Below, piece after piece: positions 48,666 to 53,896 of a DNA stretch of 53,896 bases. The notes under the pieces were generated by a model. The model ran no database searches. It was given only the letters and a program-made list of their open reading frames with translations, and was not told where the DNA came from. Every line of letters starts with the position of its first letter. Within the stretch, counting starts at the first letter, position 1. The stretch comes from a bacterium (lineage in GTDB: Bacteria > JACRDZ01 > JAQUKH01), in the NCBI GenBank assembly GCA_028719205.1, contig JAQUKH010000017.1, forward strand, positions 1 to 53,896. The letters run 5' to 3'. The position numbers were made by a program, and so were the translations under genes.

Positions 48666-49848
48666 CAAAGGGCATTTTGGAGAGTTTGGCGGCAAATTCA
48701 TGCCTGAGACATTGATGACCGCTATAGAAGAATTACAGAAGGCTTATGATAAGATAAAGAAAGATAAAACTTTTCTTAGCGAGTTTGATTATTATTTAAA
48801 ACAATATGCCGGCCGGCCGACACCGCTTTATTTCGCGAAAAGATTAACAGAAAAATTGGGCGGCGCGCAGATCTATCTGAAAAGAGAAGATTTGCTCCAT
48901 ACCGGGGCGCATAAAATAAATAACACGCTCGGACAGATCCTTCTCGCAAAACGTATGAAAAAACCAAGGATCATTGCTGAGACCGGCGCGGGCCAGCACG
49001 GTGTCGCCACGGCGACTGTGTGCGCGATGTTCGGGCTGGAATGCGTGGTTTATATGGGGGAAGAGGATGTTCGCAGGCAGTCGCTGAATGTTTTTAAGAT
49101 GAAACTTTTAGGCGCGAAGATTTGTGAGGTGAGATCCGGTACGAAGACATTAAAAGATGCGATGAATGAGGCGATCCGTGATTGGGTGACAAACGTAAAA
49201 AATACTTATTATTTGATCGGTTCCGCCGCGGGGCCTCATCCTTATCCTATGATGGTCCGTGATTTTCAATCCGTTATCGGCAAGGAAGTAAAAAAACAAA
49301 GTTTACAGGAAAAGGGGAAGCTTCCTGATTATTTGATAGCGTGTGTCGGCGGCGGAAGCAACGCGATAGGGTTGTTTTATCCTTTTTATAAGACAAAAAC
49401 AAAATTTATCGGCGTGGAAGCCGGCGGCGAGGGTTTAAATTCAGGAAAACACGCGGCCTCGATCTGCGCCGGTTCTGTCGGGATATTGCACGGCAGTAAA
49501 AGTTTTATACTGCAGGATAAAGACGGGCAGATCTTGCCGACACATTCAATTTCAGCCGGACTGGATTATCCGGGAGTAGGGCCGGAGCACAGTTTTTATA
49601 AAGATACCAGGCGCGCGGAGTATGTTTCTGTGACGGATCAGGAGGCGTTTGACGCGTTTAAACTTTTGTGTGAAATTGAAGGGATCATCCCGGCGATGGA
49701 AAGCAGCCATGCTGTGGCATACGCGGTTAAACTCGCTCCAAAATTAAAAAAGAAAGAAGTGATCGTTGTGAATCTTTCCGGACGCGGGGACAAGGATATC
49801 GGAATAGTGCAGGATTATATGAAAATGATTACACCGATTAAAAAATAG
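48649..49848 (+). CDS. trpB: Tryptophan synthase beta chain
   Basis: [36 protein letters not shown]. Confidence 0.98.
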   Translation: MTLPDNKGHFGEFGGKFMPETLMTAIEELQKAYDKIKKDKTFLSEFDYYLKQYAGRPTPLYFAKRLTEKLGGAQIYLKREDLLHTGAHKINNTLGQILLAKRMKKPRIIAETGAGQHGVATATVCAMFGLECVVYMGEEDVRRQSLNVFKMKLLGAKICEVRSGTKTLKDAMNEAIRDWVTNVKNTYYLIGSAAGPHPYPMMVRDFQSVIGKEVKKQSLQEKGKLPDYLIACVGGGSNAIGLFYPFYKTKTKFIGVEAGGEGLNSGKHAASICAGSVGILHGSKSFILQDKDGQILPTHSISAGLDYPGVGPEHSFYKDTRRAEYVSVTDQEAFDAFKLLCEIEGIIPAMESSHAVAYAVKLAPKLKKKEVIVVNLSGRGDKDIGIVQDYMKMITPIKK

Positions 49849-49881
49849 ATTACACAGATGTGATGTGAAGGGTAAAAAATA

Positions 49882-50682
49882 ATGGGTAGAATTGAGGATA
49901 AATTTCAGAATCTGAAAACAAACGGCCGGAAGGCCTTTATAGCTTATATCATGGCCGGCGATCCGGATTTTGGTACTACAGAGAAACTTGTTTTAGAATT
50001 GGAAAAGCAGGGCGTGGATTTGATCGAACTGGGTGTTCCTTTTTCAGACCCTCTGGCTGACGGCCCGACCATTCAGGCCGCGGGGCAAAGGGCCCTGGCA
50101 AGCGGAACGACTTTATCAGGTATATTGGATCTGGTTTACAAGGTCAGAAATAAGGTTCAAATCCCGATTATACTAATGAGTTATTTTAATCCGATCTACC
50201 ATTATGGGGTCTCAGATTTTTTACATGACGCGAAATTGAAGGGTGTGGATGGTTTGATCATTCCGGACCTGGCATTGGAGGAAAGTAAGGAAACAGTTGA
50301 TCTTGCGGAAAAAAATGGGATCGATCTTATATTTTTGATCGCTCCTACAAGTTCCCTGGAAAGAATAAAAAAAATCTCCGACATAAGTTCGGGATTTATT
50401 TATTACGTATCCCTTACAGGGGTTACAGGGGTAAGAGAAAGTTTGGTCAAAGAGGTCGGCCAATTTGTTAATAAGATAAAAAAATTCACGAAAAAGCCGG
50501 TTTGTGTCGGTTTTGGCGTTTCGACGAAAGAACAAGTAAAAGAACTTTTGAAATATAGTGATGGTGTGATCGTCGGAAGCGCGATCGTGAAAAAAGTTGA
50601 AGAGGGCCGGGACGAAAAAGATATTGTTAAAAAAACGTCGGAATTTGTTAAGGCACTGGTTAGCTCAGCAAGGGAGAAATAA
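49882..50682 (+). CDS. trpA: Tryptophan synthase alpha chain
   Basis: ELGVPFSDPLADGPTIQ, YYVSLTGVTG, VGFGVS, VGSA. Confidence 0.98.
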   Translation: MGRIEDKFQNLKTNGRKAFIAYIMAGDPDFGTTEKLVLELEKQGVDLIELGVPFSDPLADGPTIQAAGQRALASGTTLSGILDLVYKVRNKVQIPIILMSYFNPIYHYGVSDFLHDAKLKGVDGLIIPDLALEESKETVDLAEKNGIDLIFLIAPTSSLERIKKISDISSGFIYYVSLTGVTGVRESLVKEVGQFVNKIKKFTKKPVCVGFGVSTKEQVKELLKYSDGVIVGSAIVKKVEEGRDEKDIVKKTSEFVKALVSSAREK

Positions 50683-51521
50683 TGCGTTTGAAATTCTGGG
50701 GAGTCCGCGGTTCATTGCCTATACCCGGTAAAGAGACTTTAAATTATGGAGGTAATACGTCTTGCGTAGAGATAGATACCGGCAGAAAAAATGAAACTAT
50801 TATTATAGACGCGGGCAGCGGGATAAAAGGATTGGGACAGGATTTGATGGATAGGGGATTTTGTAATGAAAATGGGATCGGATATCTGTTCCTGAGCCAT
50901 TATCATTTAGATCATATTTTAGGCTTTCCTTTTTTCGCGCCGTTTTTTGCGAAAGGGGAAAATAAAAACAGTTTTACTATTTATGGGCCAAAAACTAAAA
51001 ATGATTCTTTGAAAGAGATCATTAACCATTTAATTTCGGCCCCGTTTTTTCCGCTATCTTTAAATAGATTAAGCGCGGTCCTGGATTTTAAAGAAATTAA
51101 TCCGGGTGAAGTTATTGAATTGCCTGATATGAATATTTCCACCGAAAGGTTAAATCATCCGGGCGGCGGGTTAGCTTATAGGTTTGATTCAAATAATATT
51201 TCAGTTGCGTATGTAACTGATACAGAACCTTTAAATGAAAATAAAGCGGATAGCATGATCGCCGGTTTAGTAAAGAACGCTGATGTATTGATTTATGACG
51301 CTACTTATACACCGGAAGAATATGTTAATAAAAAGGGATGGGGGCACAGTACCTGGAGGCATGGAATTACATTAGCGAATGAGGCATCTGTGAAAAAACT
51401 GGTTTTATTTCATCATGATCTGGATTATTCGGATGAAAGGTTAGCTCAAATTGAGAAAATTGCCAAAAAAGAATTCAAAGACGTAGAAATGGCAAAAGAA
51501 GGAATGGAAATTAAATTATAA
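50682..51521 (+). CDS. MBL-fold metallo-hydrolase
   Basis: WGVRGS, GGNTSC, SHYHLDH, WGHS, LFHHD. Confidence 0.92.
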   Translation: MRLKFWGVRGSLPIPGKETLNYGGNTSCVEIDTGRKNETIIIDAGSGIKGLGQDLMDRGFCNENGIGYLFLSHYHLDHILGFPFFAPFFAKGENKNSFTIYGPKTKNDSLKEIINHLISAPFFPLSLNRLSAVLDFKEINPGEVIELPDMNISTERLNHPGGGLAYRFDSNNISVAYVTDTEPLNENKADSMIAGLVKNADVLIYDATYTPEEYVNKKGWGHSTWRHGITLANEASVKKLVLFHHDLDYSDERLAQIEKIAKKEFKDVEMAKEGMEIKL

Positions 51522-51654
51522 GAAAGTCACAAGTTGCAAGGTCAAAAGTCACAAGCGAGAGAAAAAAAAGAGGCTACAAGGCAAGAAGCAAAATAAGTTT
51601 CTAACTGGTGACTTGGTGACTGGTGCACTGGTGACCTAAGGAGTGGAGCGATAT

Positions 51655-52500
51655 ATGGCCTGGTTTAAGAAGAAAACGGACGAGAAACCAAAAGAGAAGA
51701 AAAAGGGTATTCCCAAAGGGCTTTGGGTAAAATGCAACGGATGTGAGGAGATTATTTACGGCAAAGAGCTTGAGCTTAATAATCGTGTTTGTCCTTTATG
51801 CCAGTACCATTTTAAGCTGAATGTGCTTGAACGGATAAATTTGATCATTGATGAAAATACATTTATTGAATATGATAAAAATGTTAAGTCAGATGATCCG
51901 CTGAGTTTCAAAGATTTGAAAAGATATGAAGATCGTTTAAAAAGCGCCAAGGAGGAAACCGGATTAGAGGAAGCTCTTGTATCAGGTGAGGGCAAGATAA
52001 ACGGGCATGATGCGGTTATTTGTGTTTTAACATTTGATTTTATGGGCGGCAGTATGGCTTCTGTAGTGGGAGAAAAAATATTTCGCGCTGTGGATCGGGC
52101 TATTAAAAAAAGGTTTCCGGTAATTATTGTATCTGCTTCCGGAGGCGCAAGAATGCAGGAAGGTATTTTATCTTTAATGCAAATGGCAAAGACGACCGCG
52201 GTACTTGCTAAATTGGGAAAAGAGAAACTGCCCTATATATCAATCCTTACCGATCCAACCACGGGGGGAGTTACGGCCAGTTTTGCCTCAATCGGTGATG
52301 TTATTATTTCTGAACCTAAAGCGCTTATAGGCTTTACCGGCGCCAGGGTAATTGAACAGACTATTGGGCAGAAACTTCCCGAAGGCTTTCAGCGCGCTGA
52401 ATTTCTTCTTGAACATGGAATGATCGATATGGTGGTTGAAAGAAAGGATATGAAGAAAACTGTAGCGCAAATATTGGATTTTTTCAAAAATCGACAGTAA
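51655..52500 (+). CDS. accD: Acetyl-CoA carboxylase carboxyltransferase beta subunit
   Basis: LWVKC..C...CPLC Zn finger, FMGGSM, SGGARMQEG, PTTGGVTAS. Confidence 0.97.
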   Translation: MAWFKKKTDEKPKEKKKGIPKGLWVKCNGCEEIIYGKELELNNRVCPLCQYHFKLNVLERINLIIDENTFIEYDKNVKSDDPLSFKDLKRYEDRLKSAKEETGLEEALVSGEGKINGHDAVICVLTFDFMGGSMASVVGEKIFRAVDRAIKKRFPVIIVSASGGARMQEGILSLMQMAKTTAVLAKLGKEKLPYISILTDPTTGGVTASFASIGDVIISEPKALIGFTGARVIEQTIGQKLPEGFQRAEFLLEHGMIDMVVERKDMKKTVAQILDFFKNRQ

Positions 52501-52529
52501 AAATAACGAAAATTTAAATTTATAAGTGT

Positions 52530-52607
52530 CGGGGTGTAGCGCAGCCTGGCTAGCGCACTTGCTTGGGGTGCAAGGGGCCGTGGGTTCAAATCCCGCCACC
52601 CCGACCA
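52530..52607 (+). tRNA. tRNA-Pro(GGG)
   Basis: CTTGC-TTGGGGT-GCAAG anticodon arm, CCA. Confidence 0.96.
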
Positions 52608-52637
52608 TATTTTATAATTAAAGGAACGGAATCAATT

Positions 52638-53720
52638 TTGTTAAGCAAAAAATTAGTTTTTAAATATATATGTATATTCGTTTTTCAATTTCTTTTCTTG
52701 TGGCCTTCTTTTTTGTGCGCCGAGGAGACAAAAGAATGTTACGATTGTCATCAGAAGGAAAAGGAAACCTTTTCAAAAGGAACATTCCATCCTCCTGTTG
52801 CTCACGGTGACTGTAAGGTCTGCCATAAAGACCATGGGGATAAGAATAATTTAATATTGCAGTTTGAAGTTGAGAAAGAACTTTGTTTCACATGCCATGA
52901 TAAAAAAGGCGAAAAGAATAGTGTTCATCGTCCGATCAGGGATGGAAAATGCACCGGTTGCCATAATCCTCATAATTCTGTAAATGAATATTTTTTAAAA
53001 AATAAAGTTTCTGAACTTTGTTTAAGCTGTCATAAAAAAAATGCCGAAGAAAATTATCTGCATACTCCTTATAAGGAAGGTAAATGTTTAGACTGTCATG
53101 ACCCTCATGAATCAAATAACAGCAAATTAATGAGTTTAGATTCAGGAAAAACTGTAGCTGTTATATCTGATCTTTGTATTAAGTGCCATCAAAAAATTAT
53201 TCAGGGAAAAAATATCCATTTAATAGTTATGGCAGGTGAATGTTTGAGCTGCCATCGTGCCCATTCATCTAAATATCAGTTTCAGTTAGTAGAACCTTTG
53301 GAAAAGATTTGTTACCTTAATTGTCACAAAAATTTCGGGAAAGATAAAGATTTGCATAAACCGGTAAAAGAGGGAAAATGCGTTTCCTGTCATGATCCTC
53401 ATAATTCACCAAACAGTAAACTTCTTTTGCCGAAAGAATTTACGGGTGCCTTTAAGGAGGATAAACTTTGTTATCTATGCCATCCTAATATGAGGCAAAA
53501 ATATTCGTCAAAAATCCATAAACCCATAACTGATGGAGATTGCGATGGTTGTCATGTCCCGCATGGATCTGAAAATAAAAAATTACTTAAATTTAGTGAA
53601 GATAAAGATATGTGCCTTAGCTGCCACAGGCTTGGACCAGAAGATTTGAAGAATAAAAAGCATACCCTGGACCAAGCTCATACTAAATGTTTGGGATGTC
53701 ATAATCCACATGGAAATTAA
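52638..53720 (+). CDS. Periplasmic multiheme c-type cytochrome (doubled CXXCH repeats)
   Basis: Signal peptide after TTG 52638; 13 CXXCH plus one CXXXCH; repeating HxP...CxxCHxPHxS units. Confidence 0.92.
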   Translation: MLSKKLVFKYICIFVFQFLFLWPSFLCAEETKECYDCHQKEKETFSKGTFHPPVAHGDCKVCHKDHGDKNNLILQFEVEKELCFTCHDKKGEKNSVHRPIRDGKCTGCHNPHNSVNEYFLKNKVSELCLSCHKKNAEENYLHTPYKEGKCLDCHDPHESNNSKLMSLDSGKTVAVISDLCIKCHQKIIQGKNIHLIVMAGECLSCHRAHSSKYQFQLVEPLEKICYLNCHKNFGKDKDLHKPVKEGKCVSCHDPHNSPNSKLLLPKEFTGAFKEDKLCYLCHPNMRQKYSSKIHKPITDGDCDGCHVPHGSENKKLLKFSEDKDMCLSCHRLGPEDLKNKKHTLDQAHTKCLGCHNPHGN

Positions 53721-53896
53721 AGCCGAAGGTTTATGTTTTTACCGGAAATATCTATCAATTAATATATTTTTATGGTATATTAACTTTTTTTAAAATATAT
53801 ATTTTACTTTTTTTGTAAGTTATGATATAATCTCAACGTATATTAAAAGAAGGATGTAGCCATTATATTTGCAAGGCTTAAGTTATGTCTAATAAA

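Noticed and set aside
52563-52637. N-terminal extension of the cytochrome ORF
   Set aside because: Lies within tRNA-Pro; TTG at 52638 gives a proper signal peptide
1-53896. CRISPR array, rRNA, reverse transcriptase or phage structural genes
   Set aside because: No regularly spaced repeat-spacer array or diagnostic motifs seen

Overview
Low-GC bacterial chromosomal window, probably from a diderm anaerobe (LolA, PEP-CTERM protein, four-subunit 2-oxoacid:ferredoxin oxidoreductase, multiheme cytochrome); taxonomy cannot be fixed from sequence alone. About 1370-16911 is a ~15.5 kb element integrated at the 3' end of tRNA-His (core ACCCCA at both ends). It encodes a large serine recombinase whose reading frame runs through the att site, a Ppl/TrlF-like PHP+ATPase defence gene, RadC, a VirD4/TraD-like ATPase, a RuvC-like nuclease, a small tyrosine recombinase and truncated cargo. 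It also carries an internal inverted attP-like site with a recombinase remnant and a 389 bp hairpin-rich inverted repeat. The rest is mostly housekeeping: DEAD helicase, ftsK-lolA-rodZ, split trp genes, SRP RNA-dnaX-ybaB-recR, porCDAB, accD and tRNAs (9 in the window). A ~4.3 kb islet at tRNA-Asn holds two TA pairs and a MITE-interrupted PLD gene. Two ~200 bp structured mini-elements each copy their host tRNA's T-arm in inverted orientation and its 3' end in direct orientation. All calls come from reading motifs by eye; no database searches were run.
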